From a virus (Duplodnaviria > Heunggongvirae > Uroviricota > Caudoviricetes): DNA of 27,542 bases. Each line of letters starts with the position of its first letter. The stretch's first letter is position 1. The notes beneath the pieces were generated by a model. That model worked only from the letters and a program-made list of their open reading frames with translations. It searched no databases and had not been told where the DNA came from. Location of the stretch: IMG/VR virus record IMGVR_UViG_2663762992_000005; one strand, given 5' to 3'. This document shows, in pieces, positions 17,730 to 26,262 of the stretch. A program made the translations under genes and the position numbers.

Positions 17730-18392
17730 ATGGACTCGAATACCTTAACCATTATAGGAACATTTATTGTTGCCATAATAAGCGGATTACTGGCTTATTC
17801 ATCTTCTCTTTCTGCAAAGGAAAAAGAGGTCAAATTATCCGCATATGAAAAACTCGGACTTGATATACATGCCAATCTTGAAAAGCTTTACAATAATACA
17901 GAATGGCTTTTACTGATTTTTCAACACAAGAATACATTAAACCGCGGAGATTTAATTATTGCCAACAAACAAGTTTCTCTAGACGTTGACAAACTCAGAG
18001 AACTTAGCATAAGAATGAGATTTTTTGATAATGCTTGCTATAAGAAATATGAATCTGTAGTTCAATCGCATGGTAATTTAATACCACAAATACTTGGTTA
18101 TACTCGGCATCCACATGAAACCCCAAGAGATGCTTCAGAACTTTACTCTCGAGAAGAAACACAGGAATTTATAAATAAATTATCCATACTAAAAGATGAA
18201 ATAAATAGCACTAAGATCCATATAACGAACAAAATAGCCAAGGAATATAACAAAGCCCTATCATCTTCAAGGAAAGTTACAGTGCTAGCTTTCATAGTAT
18301 TATTTACTGCATTTATAGCATTTATAATTTTCCCTTTGAAAGAGCAGTCACCTTCGCCCGCAAAAGAAAAAGTCATGCTGCTCTCTTCATAA
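17730..18392 (+). CDS. Hypothetical membrane protein with N- and C-terminal TM helices
   Basis: 220 aa from the ATG at 17730 (the track ORF starts at an upstream TTG); AT-rich; transcribed opposite to the late operon. Confidence 0.5.
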   Translation: MDSNTLTIIGTFIVAIISGLLAYSSSLSAKEKEVKLSAYEKLGLDIHANLEKLYNNTEWLLLIFQHKNTLNRGDLIIANKQVSLDVDKLRELSIRMRFFDNACYKKYESVVQSHGNLIPQILGYTRHPHETPRDASELYSREETQEFINKLSILKDEINSTKIHITNKIAKEYNKALSSSRKVTVLAFIVLFTAFIAFIIFPLKEQSPSPAKEKVMLLSS

Positions 18393-18611
18393 AAACTCGC
18401 ATTTTAGGCTGATTTTTATGCACCTGTGCAGGTAAGAACGATTACTAATTTAGCCTCACCTCCGATAGTTCGTATGGCGCTGTGGTTGATGGAGGGGGGG
18501 GCTGGCTTATGCGCTATTATGAAAATGTGAAGATAAGTATAATTTGCGAAACCTGAAATTATAAAAGACTTCCATTTGGAAGCCTTTAAAATAGCAGCAA
18601 GCGACTCATTG

Positions 18612-19463
18612 TTATTTTGTAGGTTTAGGACCTAACGTGAATTTTGATTTAGTTCCTTTTCGCAACCGTCTAACATCAGGAAAAAGTTCTACTAATCTAT
18701 CTGTACACTTAGTCAAGGATTCAGTACAAATAATCATCCCCATAATCATATAGCCAAAGTCATAGTTGTTAAAACAACCAGTTCCTCTTCCGTTTGGCTC
18801 CATTTTATAATATGACATAGGTAGTATATGCGTATAATGAGATAAAAAATCGAACATTATTTTAAATGACTTTGGATCTTTTCCCAGTTTAACCAATAAC
18901 TCATCTCGATTTGGAATCATAAGCGCTTTTCCAGTCAAGCAACGTTTTCTGGTTCCTTGTTCAAGGGATAAAAAAACAGGGTTGTTATTAAGTCTCTCAG
19001 TTATTATATCTTTTTGTTCATGATAAAAATCCAATGCTTTCGTATTATCACTAGATGTAAATAACTCAATTCTCTTTACACAATCATTCATGTGCATGAC
19101 ATTCAACTTTGCTGACCACTCCTCAGTTGAATCTGGATTCTCAGATAAATACATAAACAATAACTCAGCTTCCAGAATCGCTCTTACATGAGGTGCAATC
19201 GCCGAAAAATCCCAAAAGTCATAATCCCGCTTAGCCCATCTTGATTTTGGTACGTTGGAAATCATTATTGAAGCATGAATGCAGATTCGTGAAAAAATGT
19301 ATGTAGACCACCCTTTAAAAGCCTCAGCCATTCGCACACCAACCCCCTGACTTACAGCATTCGCTTCACATACAGCTTTATCAAACTCCCTTAAGTAGTG
19401 ATGGAAGTCATCCATCGAAAAATCGTTTCGTTCAAGTGGATTTTCGGGATTATCTATTTTCAT
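18612..19463 (-). CDS. Hypothetical protein (orphan, AT-rich)
   Basis: 283-aa ORF between the tR'-like terminator and the holin; followed by its own hairpin plus T-run near 18565-18584. Confidence 0.55.
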   Translation of the reverse strand: MKIDNPENPLERNDFSMDDFHHYLREFDKAVCEANAVSQGVGVRMAEAFKGWSTYIFSRICIHASIMISNVPKSRWAKRDYDFWDFSAIAPHVRAILEAELLFMYLSENPDSTEEWSAKLNVMHMNDCVKRIELFTSSDNTKALDFYHEQKDIITERLNNNPVFLSLEQGTRKRCLTGKALMIPNRDELLVKLGKDPKSFKIMFDFLSHYTHILPMSYYKMEPNGRGTGCFNNYDFGYMIMGMIICTESLTKCTDRLVELFPDVRRLRKGTKSKFTLGPKPTK

Positions 19464-19510
19464 ACTTCACCTATTTAAAACAATTGGTTTAAATCGGTGA
19501 ATTATAACGC

Positions 19511-19534
19511 AAAAACCCGCTCATTGGCGGGTTT
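19511..19534 (-). terminator. Intrinsic terminator downstream of the Q-like gene (tR'-like)
   Basis: Minus-strand hairpin CCCGC-CAATGA-GCGGG followed by TTTTT, about 95 nt after the Q-like stop. Confidence 0.5.
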
Positions 19535-19626
19535 ATAAAACTTTGGCAACATATCAAATACGCTTCAAATATGGCTTATTTTGTTGCATTTTGCAAGCGC
19601 GTTTGAAGGAGATAGTGAAATTTACT

Positions 19627-20337
19627 TCACATTTCTGCCACTTTGAGGGCTTCTTCTTCCTCATAGTATTCAAGAGCCATTGCCAACGCAGATTCATCAA
19701 GCTGGGTAAAAGCGGCCTTTAACCCAGCCCAGTGCCCTGAATAGACACGCAACCATGTCGAACGATCAACGCTAACCATGCGGGCCAACGCTGCACCAGC
19801 ATAGTCTTTATAGGTTTCATTATTTCTGGTTGCGGCAATTTCCTGCCCTGCCAGCCATACCAGGCCAATCAGTTTCTTTACTACGCGCTCCTGAAGGGAA
19901 TTATCACCCAGGCATTTCTGATAAGTTTTCCAGACGTATTCACACATCATCACTTGGTGCTTATAGCTAAGGTCAAAACCGTAGCAGTACCGCAACCAGG
20001 CCTGCTGGTATCCACTAAGCGCGGACACTGCCCTACGCCACGGCGCGGACTCAAATTCCGCATCTTTTATCGGCGGCATTGGCCTGCAGCGGCTGCGTGT
20101 TTCCAGTACATACAATGGCGCGGAAAGCGAGTTAACAAAGCGAGGCCCCTTCTCTCCTTCGAGTTCGACGAGATGAATTCCACGGCGCGGGGTGGCATTT
20201 TTGTCTGCTGGTGGGTGTTCACTGAAAGCCTCAAGCTGCCCTTTTGTTCCCCCAGAGAGGTCAGGTAGCGCGCGGCGCAATTCTATTCTTACAAAATTCA
20301 GGTCTTGTTGATTCATGCTTCTTTGCGCTCCATACAC
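19627..20337 (-). CDS. Putative late-gene antiterminator (Q-like)
   Basis: Call is by position: immediately upstream of a terminator and the lysis genes, downstream of nin-region-like genes. A likelier ATG start is at 20314-20316. Confidence 0.45.
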   Translation of the reverse strand: MYGAQRSMNQQDLNFVRIELRRALPDLSGGTKGQLEAFSEHPPADKNATPRRGIHLVELEGEKGPRFVNSLSAPLYVLETRSRCRPMPPIKDAEFESAPWRRAVSALSGYQQAWLRYCYGFDLSYKHQVMMCEYVWKTYQKCLGDNSLQERVVKKLIGLVWLAGQEIAATRNNETYKDYAGAALARMVSVDRSTWLRVYSGHWAGLKAAFTQLDESALAMALEYYEEEEALKVAEM

Positions 20338-21366
20338 TTAAGCTTTCGCAATTACGCCGATCGCCAGCGCCCGATCCATAAAACGCAGTAGCAGCTCAAG
20401 CTGCGTACCATGCTTCTGCTCGAATGCCGATACATCGGCGTGTAACTCGTCGTGGCACTCTCTGCACAGAGGGATCACGAAGAGGTCATGGGCTTTTGTT
20501 GCTGTACCACCCATACCGTGCCCTACGATATGGTGCGGATCATCTGCTGGCCGTCGGCAACACTCACAGGGTTGTGTTTTTACCCAGCGGGTGTAAGTCT
20601 CATTTATCCAGCGGCGTCGCTTTGGCCTGAGCATGAAAGATTCCGGAGACTCCGGATCAACAGAGAGCGTGAGGATCTTCTTCGCCTTCTCCTGCACGAG
20701 GCTGGTTGCAGTAGCGGAAGGCACAATGTCGCTTTCCCTCATGACCGAGCGGATCTTCTCATCCGGAAGGCGTAGCCCCTTGTGCGCAACGCTTTCCGGA
20801 ATAACATCAGCCAGGTCGTTTCTGACCATCCACCAGCACAGTTCCGGAAGCGTCAGGATATGCGACTCGGGAAAACCAGAATCACGCCGAATGACTTCCA
20901 GAATCCAGGATACCAGGTTTCCTGCCGCTATACCTGCAAGCCGTTCGGTATGCTGCCCCGACAAAGTGTGATCGCAATGCCAGCACAGGCGAATACTTCC
21001 TGGTGGGTGCCGCATTGTTGTGAAGTTCTTGTCGTGCCACGATGAATGTGGCCACTGGCATTCAAACCGAGAACTCAGCCACTGCTCAAGGGAAGGAAGT
21101 CCACCGGCACGCTGAATAACCCGCTCATTCCCGAAGACCTGCCGCATTACCGGATCATCAGCCAGCGGCTGAATGGCTGCCGGAACAGCCCCGGTACTGA
21201 ATGACGCCATTTCTTCTGGTTCAGGCTCGAGCAGAACGCGACCACGCATGAAGAGGTGCATCAGTTTAGCACCGGGACGGAACAGCACAATCCCCATACG
21301 ATGGGCGATCTCGGGGGTAAGCAGAGCTCTCACGCGACCTGCCCCCTGGCAATGTGTTCTGCCCAC
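20338..21366 (-). CDS. DUF968-like protein with C-terminal HNH-like zinc finger
   Basis: C-terminal CECC, HH and CRECH motifs; adjacent to the Q-like gene, as I recall for ydfU next to quuQ in E. coli Qin. Start codon uncertain. Confidence 0.5.
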   Translation of the reverse strand: MGRTHCQGAGRVRALLTPEIAHRMGIVLFRPGAKLMHLFMRGRVLLEPEPEEMASFSTGAVPAAIQPLADDPVMRQVFGNERVIQRAGGLPSLEQWLSSRFECQWPHSSWHDKNFTTMRHPPGSIRLCWHCDHTLSGQHTERLAGIAAGNLVSWILEVIRRDSGFPESHILTLPELCWWMVRNDLADVIPESVAHKGLRLPDEKIRSVMRESDIVPSATATSLVQEKAKKILTLSVDPESPESFMLRPKRRRWINETYTRWVKTQPCECCRRPADDPHHIVGHGMGGTATKAHDLFVIPLCRECHDELHADVSAFEQKHGTQLELLLRFMDRALAIGVIAKA

Positions 21367-22013
21367 AGTCCACCAATCCAGCGCACGCCTTTCGCAGTGA
21401 AACGTGCCTGGCTGAATGCATGATTTGAGGTTACGGATGTGCCGGTTTTCACTTCAAAACGGCCCGCATCAATATGCTGATACCGTGGGGTCATCGTTCC
21501 ACCAAGGCGATACATGATGTCGTTCTCAAGGAGGAATAACCGCAGATCTGGCTCTTTTGCCTTAAGCAGTTTTGCCACCTGGCGGAATGACATTGACCCA
21601 CTGGCTGTACAGTACCGATCAACAAACGCTACCTTCGGCGCCGCGGCAGCCAGTTCGTTAGTCAACTGCTGTTTTTGTTCTGCAAGGTCAGCGGCAAGAC
21701 GTAGGGCTTCAGAGAATGATTGAGGAATCGTCTGCTGCTGTGCCTGCTCAAGCTCCTGCCAGCGATCAACCAGACGCGCGGTAAACTCCGGCGACAGCTG
21801 CGCGACAACGATATAACTGTCCCGCTTCCCTATCAGATAAACCGATACCGACTGATTGAGGTGATTTTTAACTTCCCCCATTGGGGGGAGTTCAATAACA
21901 CCGCGCTCTGCCAGGCGTTCAATGGACCGTTTAACATGGTCATGTCGTGATTCCACCAGCTCAGCAATATCGCTGCTGGACATGGTTAATGCTGTTGTTG
22001 CTAATTGGCTCAT
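21330..22013 (-). CDS. Rha-family phage regulatory protein (antirepressor-like)
   Basis: N-terminus MSQLATTALTMSSSDIAELVESRHDHVKRSIERL matches the Rha pattern; ATG at 22011-22013 with GGAG 7 nt upstream. Confidence 0.6.
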   Translation of the reverse strand: MSQLATTALTMSSSDIAELVESRHDHVKRSIERLAERGVIELPPMGEVKNHLNQSVSVYLIGKRDSYIVVAQLSPEFTARLVDRWQELEQAQQQTIPQSFSEALRLAADLAEQKQQLTNELAAAAPKVAFVDRYCTASGSMSFRQVAKLLKAKEPDLRLFLLENDIMYRLGGTMTPRYQHIDAGRFEVKTGTSVTSNHAFSQARFTAKGVRWIGGLWAEHIARGQVA

Positions 22014-22026
22014 ACTTTTCTCCATA

Positions 22027-22413
22027 TCAGGCGGCCGCACCCGCCGGTTCATATCTGCTGATCGTTATCTCTACCCGACCTTTCGGCACTACGGGTCCCC
22101 ATTCCACCAGCATGCGCTTAATCTGGCTGTCATCTTCCCAGACACCCGCATGCGTCAGCGCGTCAAACAGGGCTTTGTTGTAATTATCGATATCCCGGCG
22201 GCGCGCATCCGGCGGGTACAGAGTGATTTCTACCGCAGCCAGTTCAGTCGATGGCTTCGGGAGACGTCGTAATTGCTCAATGATCGCCACGCAGGCAGCG
22301 CTCTGGTATTTACGGCCTTCAGCGCTAATGAGGTGACGACCAGCCAGCGCCCCCTTGTTAGGAGCGCGCCAGTAAGTGTTCACGCTGGGTGGAAATGGGA
22401 GTATGAGCCTCAT
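22027..22413 (-). CDS. rusA: RusA-family Holliday junction resolvase
   Basis: 128 aa; motifs PPSVNTYW, SAEG and DARRRDIDNYNKALFDAL align with my recollection of E. coli RusA. Confidence 0.75.
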   Translation of the reverse strand: MRLILPFPPSVNTYWRAPNKGALAGRHLISAEGRKYQSAACVAIIEQLRRLPKPSTELAAVEITLYPPDARRRDIDNYNKALFDALTHAGVWEDDSQIKRMLVEWGPVVPKGRVEITISRYEPAGAAA

Positions 22414-22527
22414 TAAAAGCCTCCGTCATAATTCCTGAAACATACCTCAACTTTCCCGCTATAGTGACGAACACGTTGAACAACATCCGAAATAGGCGCT
22501 ATACCGGCAGGGCGATAAAAGACTGTT

Positions 22528-23850
22528 TCACGCATGAGTTACCCCCTGCATGCTGTCGACAAGACCACGCGCAATTGTGATTATTTCGCTGGTGGACATT
22601 CGTTCCAGCCAGAGTTGATTGATGTTGGCTTTCAGCTTGTTCTGCTGTGATTCATCCAGCATGTCAGCACCATCCACCTGGTCGAATACAATTCCAACCT
22701 CCAGTGGCCATATACGGGACTCGGGAAGCTGATCGGCTACTGGTTTAGCTTTCTCACGGATGTGCATGCGGATCTGGCGAATATTGGACCAACTGGAAAC
22801 ATCCAGGCTTCCCATAGCTGCAATGAAATCAGTACTGTTCATGCCATATTCACCAGATGCTTCAAGGGCAACAGTACGAATACGTTCCGACATATCCAGG
22901 CGCGCAGCAGCGTCATCGAATTCAATCGACAACAGCCACTCATCCACACCGAGCAAAATACTCTCACGAATAAGCAGCTTCGCTTTGTCGATCGTTAATG
23001 GTGATACCTGAGTGAATTCCGGTGCTTCGACAGAATCCGCCGCCCAGGTATGCCCAAACTTCGATTCACTGAATGTGTATTCTTCTTTATCGCCGAACGC
23101 AGCTCTAACGCATGCCCACGCCTCAACACCGCTGATATCAAAAATATCTTTCTGGGTAAGTGGCAACTCTGCTTCTGGCTTGTCAGCTACAGGTGGTGTG
23201 GCGGTTGCTGGCTGAGGTTTGCTGGTGGCAAACTGTGCCAAAGCCATAAACGCGCGCCCTTTTGTTTCCAGTTCTGTGCGGTTGATATAGCTGAATCGCT
23301 CGCCACGCCATGACTTATCGAATACAGCTATGGCTCCGGAAAAAAACGCGCTGGTGGGCTTCTGTTTTTCGTCAGCAGGTACAAACCACACTGGCAGATC
23401 GAAACCAATGCGCCCGCGAATGAATACAATGTGATCGGCATCTTCCGGCCACCACGTTTCACTCGGCGCGGCTTTTATCAGGAATACATAGCGACCGCCC
23501 TTCTCGCGCTGGGTTGCTGCGTACTTCATGATGTGCGTCATACCAGTGATCGCCTGTTTCTCGTGGTACTGCGAGCGGCTATATGGAGGGTTGGCAAAAG
23601 CCGCGCCACCCAGTTCTGCCAGACGTTCAGACCAGTCCTGCGTCAGTGCGTTATCTTCGGCGGTGTACCATGCCGGGCATTTCGCGTTGTCGTCGTCAGC
23701 AAACAAGTCCAGAACTAATGGACCAAATAGCGCGTTGATACCCCAGAAAAGCAGATCCGGTGTCCGCCACTGATCGCCAACTTCTTTCAATTCGTGAGCT
23801 GGTTTTGAACGCAGTTCGGCCAGCGCGCGGCAGTATTTGTTTTCAATCAT
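22528..23850 (-). CDS. DNA N6-adenine methyltransferase fused to a C-terminal domain of unknown function
   Basis: The N-terminal third contains the NPPY catalytic motif (FANPPYS) and upstream conserved blocks like phage Dam-type methyltransferases; the C-terminal ~250 aa are unassigned. Start overlaps the replication-gene stop (ATGA). Confidence 0.6.
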   Translation of the reverse strand: MIENKYCRALAELRSKPAHELKEVGDQWRTPDLLFWGINALFGPLVLDLFADDDNAKCPAWYTAEDNALTQDWSERLAELGGAAFANPPYSRSQYHEKQAITGMTHIMKYAATQREKGGRYVFLIKAAPSETWWPEDADHIVFIRGRIGFDLPVWFVPADEKQKPTSAFFSGAIAVFDKSWRGERFSYINRTELETKGRAFMALAQFATSKPQPATATPPVADKPEAELPLTQKDIFDISGVEAWACVRAAFGDKEEYTFSESKFGHTWAADSVEAPEFTQVSPLTIDKAKLLIRESILLGVDEWLLSIEFDDAAARLDMSERIRTVALEASGEYGMNSTDFIAAMGSLDVSSWSNIRQIRMHIREKAKPVADQLPESRIWPLEVGIVFDQVDGADMLDESQQNKLKANINQLWLERMSTSEIITIARGLVDSMQGVTHA

Positions 23851-24779
23851 CCTCTGAATCCCTCTGGAATTTTGGTATCTACCGGGCCGAACTTCATCGG
23901 GTCATGTTTCTTCTCGCCCCAGCTTTCACGAGGGGGACGGCCTTTCTTATCCCAGCGGAGCCCGCTTTGCAGATAACCCTCAAATTTTTTCGGCCCAAAC
24001 AGAGTTTCAGGCCGCATGTACTGATACTGCGCGTCATTGCCGTTCCAGTGTTCATGCTTGAGGTCAATCACCAGCGTTAAGTCGCTGACGGTATAACCTT
24101 CACGCAGACGGGCACGTATGTTTTCCAGAGAGGTTTTAGATTTCTGGTACCGGGAGCCGCTTACCTGGTTCAAATGAGTTAAAACCAGGATGGCGTTATC
24201 AGTGATCAACACCTCAGGGTCTGGTTGCGGCGCAACCGGACAAGAGGGGTTAATGATCTGTTTGTGGTGATCTGAGTAATGATCTGTATAGAGAATAGGT
24301 TCCGCGACTTCGCGGTTAGGGTTCCGCGATTCTGCGTTTTCGGTTCCGTGATTCTGCGGAATAGGTTCCGCGACTTCGCGTTTCCCGTTCCGCGATTCTG
24401 CGGAATCCAGCGTTGCCGGGAATAAAACATTGATTAGCGCTTCGCCATTGATACGGTAATGCGTCTTTTTCGTGCCGTTTACCTGTCGCTGCGCCTTTTC
24501 AACAACCCCTGGTAGCCAGCGGGTACAAATCTTGTTTACCAGGCGCTGCACCTGATCTTCACTCACGCCGCGAATCTCTGCCGCAAGCTCGCTGTGCTCT
24601 TTATAAAACCAGCCATCATTCAGATCTGATTTACCAGACCAGAACACGAGCTGGTTTAGCACAGCGCCCAAAGCATGCGCCTGCTGATCGCCGGAGAAAT
24701 AATCGAGGTACGGGACCGGAATGGTGATGCTATTCCTTTGCCCCGACAGCGATTGAACGATTTCAAATATCTGGCTCAT
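23847..24779 (-). CDS. Replication initiation protein (O-like) with conserved phage C-terminal domain
   Basis: C-terminal segment LNQVSGSRYQKSKTSLENIRARLREGY...YMRPETLFGPKKFEGYLQ matches the conserved phage C-terminus found in replication proteins; the gene contains an iteron array. Confidence 0.65.
   Translation of the reverse strand: MSQIFEIVQSLSGQRNSITIPVPYLDYFSGDQQAHALGAVLNQLVFWSGKSDLNDGWFYKEHSELAAEIRGVSEDQVQRLVNKICTRWLPGVVEKAQRQVNGTKKTHYRINGEALINVLFPATLDSAESRNGKREVAEPIPQNHGTENAESRNPNREVAEPILYTDHYSDHHKQIINPSCPVAPQPDPEVLITDNAILVLTHLNQVSGSRYQKSKTSLENIRARLREGYTVSDLTLVIDLKHEHWNGNDAQYQYMRPETLFGPKKFEGYLQSGLRWDKKGRPPRESWGEKKHDPMKFGPVDTKIPEGFRG
24299..24403. repeat. Iteron array: five copies of a ~17-bp unit GTTCCGCGAYTYYGCGG at exact 22-bp spacing (putative origin of replication)
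   Basis: Copies begin at 24299, 24321, 24343, 24365 and 24387; each has partial dyad symmetry (TTCCGC...GCGGAA); located inside the O-like gene as in lambda ori. Confidence 0.6.
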
Positions 24780-24948
24780 GATCGTCCGTTATCTCCCTGA
24801 ACTTTCGCCTGAAATGCTCAAGTGGGCTGAAGCATTCGTGCGGGTAGCCATCACGCAGATAGATAACGCGCTGTGTTTCAGGTTCCCAGCGGATAACACG
24901 GACTGGCACTCCACGGTAGTCTTTGAACCTTCGGTTAAGTTCGCGCAC
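24763..24948 (-). CDS. Hypothetical small protein (61 aa)
   Basis: GTG start; 3' end overlaps the replication-gene start by 17 nt. Ribosome-binding site is poor. Confidence 0.3.
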   Translation of the reverse strand: MRELNRRFKDYRGVPVRVIRWEPETQRVIYLRDGYPHECFSPLEHFRRKFREITDDHEPDI

Positions 24949-25120
24949 AGGCGTTTTGCCCTCCGGTTGTAGACCCCCACAATTGAAACCGCCCTACTGT
25001 GGTTACACGGAACCCAGCGGTTTGATAATCTGCGTTCATACCGAAACAACGGAGTACCCGAAACAGGGATCATCCTGAGTTGCGGTAGACGGTTAAAAGC
25101 CGTTAAACTATTCATGCGGA

Positions 25121-25669
25121 TTATTTCTCCATACTCGAAGAGTTGTTCGCCAAGGCGCCCGGAGCTGCACACTCGCGGGCGTCACTCTTTTCTGGAAGGC
25201 AGTAAACACGGGCAATCAAATTCAGAAAGGTCATCAGAGTTACCCTGAACTGATATGCAATGTCGTTAAGGCTCTGCCACTCACCCTTATCAACAACCCC
25301 ATCGTCGATATACCAACGGTAAGCGTTGACCAGTTCTCCTAGACGCCCCACCAGCTCGGCCAGCTTTAAGCCAATTTCTTCGTTTTCGTCATCTGGCACC
25401 GCACCCGGAACGTGTATCCCGTTATCTGTTTGACGAGAAAACGCATCAGCTATGTAGCTGACACCGGCGGCTTTCTGTAACACCATCGCCCATCCCATAG
25501 GGAAGATCTGATCCCCGTCGACGCGAAGGCGGTTAAACAATGCGTTCTCTGTCACCCCCAACCATTCCGCCGCTTCGGCGTAGCCACCAGGCAGATCGGT
25601 AATCGTTTTTTTAATCGCTACCACCAGCCAGGCTGGCTGACGTTCGACTTTCCATTGCGGTTCGTTCAT
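25121..25669 (-). CDS. Putative early regulatory protein (CII/YdaT-like by position)
   Basis: 182 aa from the ATG at 25667-25669 (GGAG upstream); second gene downstream of cro. Family not verified. Confidence 0.4.
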   Translation of the reverse strand: MNEPQWKVERQPAWLVVAIKKTITDLPGGYAEAAEWLGVTENALFNRLRVDGDQIFPMGWAMVLQKAAGVSYIADAFSRQTDNGIHVPGAVPDDENEEIGLKLAELVGRLGELVNAYRWYIDDGVVDKGEWQSLNDIAYQFRVTLMTFLNLIARVYCLPEKSDARECAAPGALANNSSSMEK

Positions 25670-25754
25670 TACTGCAACTCCATTATTGGCGCCGAACTTC
25701 CTGACGGTGATAGCCTGCAAGCTCTCACACCAACAGAACCGAAGGAGGTTCGAC

Positions 25755-25991
25755 ATGTCTGTAAATTCACTGCCTTACGGCAAGTCTCCCGAAGAAGCCG
25801 CTCACGATCTGGCCATGAATCTTGTCTTGTCTGGTCACTTCAAAACATTCCAGAAGTCGCCAGAAGAGGTTTTTCAGTTGATCACCAATGCAGAACTGGT
25901 CTTCAGTGAGCTTTACCGAAACAAACTGAAGGAAATAGAGTCCGCCAGATCAAAAGAAACCGAAGAGCAATATCAACGTACGCAGTGCTAG
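25755..25991 (+). CDS. Hypothetical small protein (78 aa), antisense to the early operon
   Basis: ATG at 25755 preceded by AGGAGG at 5-6 nt spacing; exactly fills a gap that is non-coding on the minus strand. Confidence 0.45.
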   Translation: MSVNSLPYGKSPEEAAHDLAMNLVLSGHFKTFQKSPEEVFQLITNAELVFSELYRNKLKEIESARSKETEEQYQRTQC

Positions 25992-26233
25992 CCATGAACA
26001 AACGAAAGATAGAACGTTGAATAACCACGGGCGGCGCTTTCAACTGCCGCCTGTATTTCCTCCGCGGATCTCCCTCTAAGGATCATCTCGTTTATCAGCT
26101 CGCCAATAAGGGGAAGGACAATTGGCTGGAATGACATGTAAACCCGCATCTTTCCTTCGGAAATGGTTATTTGTCCTTCATCGCTTTTAGCGGTCACGCT
26201 GTTTGTATCTTTTGTCTCGCTGCTGTTACCCAC
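25988..26233 (-). CDS. Hypothetical protein (81 aa)
   Basis: GTG start at 26231-26233 preceded by GAGGAG at 6-nt spacing; first gene after cro. Confidence 0.5.
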   Translation of the reverse strand: MGNSSETKDTNSVTAKSDEGQITISEGKMRVYMSFQPIVLPLIGELINEMILRGRSAEEIQAAVESAARGYSTFYLSFVHG

Positions 26234-26262
26234 GGTTAACTCCTCTCTTTTGTGGTTGTTGA

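Noticed and set aside
17400-18376. ORFs 17400-17672 (+) and 18143-18376 (-)
   Set aside because: Antisense to the holin and to the plus-strand membrane-protein gene; no start context.
19954-24430. Numerous short ORFs in both strands across the Q-like, DUF968, Rha, RusA, methyltransferase and replication genes (e.g. 19954-20268, 20424-21045, 21173-21400, 21514-22272, 22760-23313, 23431-24080, 24206-24430)
   Set aside because: All are nested within or antisense to longer ORFs that have recognisable motifs and coupled start/stop overlaps.
24778-24972. 64-aa plus-strand ORF
   Set aside because: Antisense to the small minus-strand gene; no ribosome-binding site.
24789-25172. 127-aa minus-strand ORF in the gap between the CII-like gene and the replication gene
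   Set aside because: Arg/Ser-rich, non-protein-like composition and a poorly spaced ribosome-binding site; the region is more likely non-coding.
25655-25909. 84-aa plus-strand ORF in an alternative frame to the 78-codon gene
   Set aside because: It overlaps the CII-like gene start and lacks the AGGAGG site that supports the 25755 start in the other frame.
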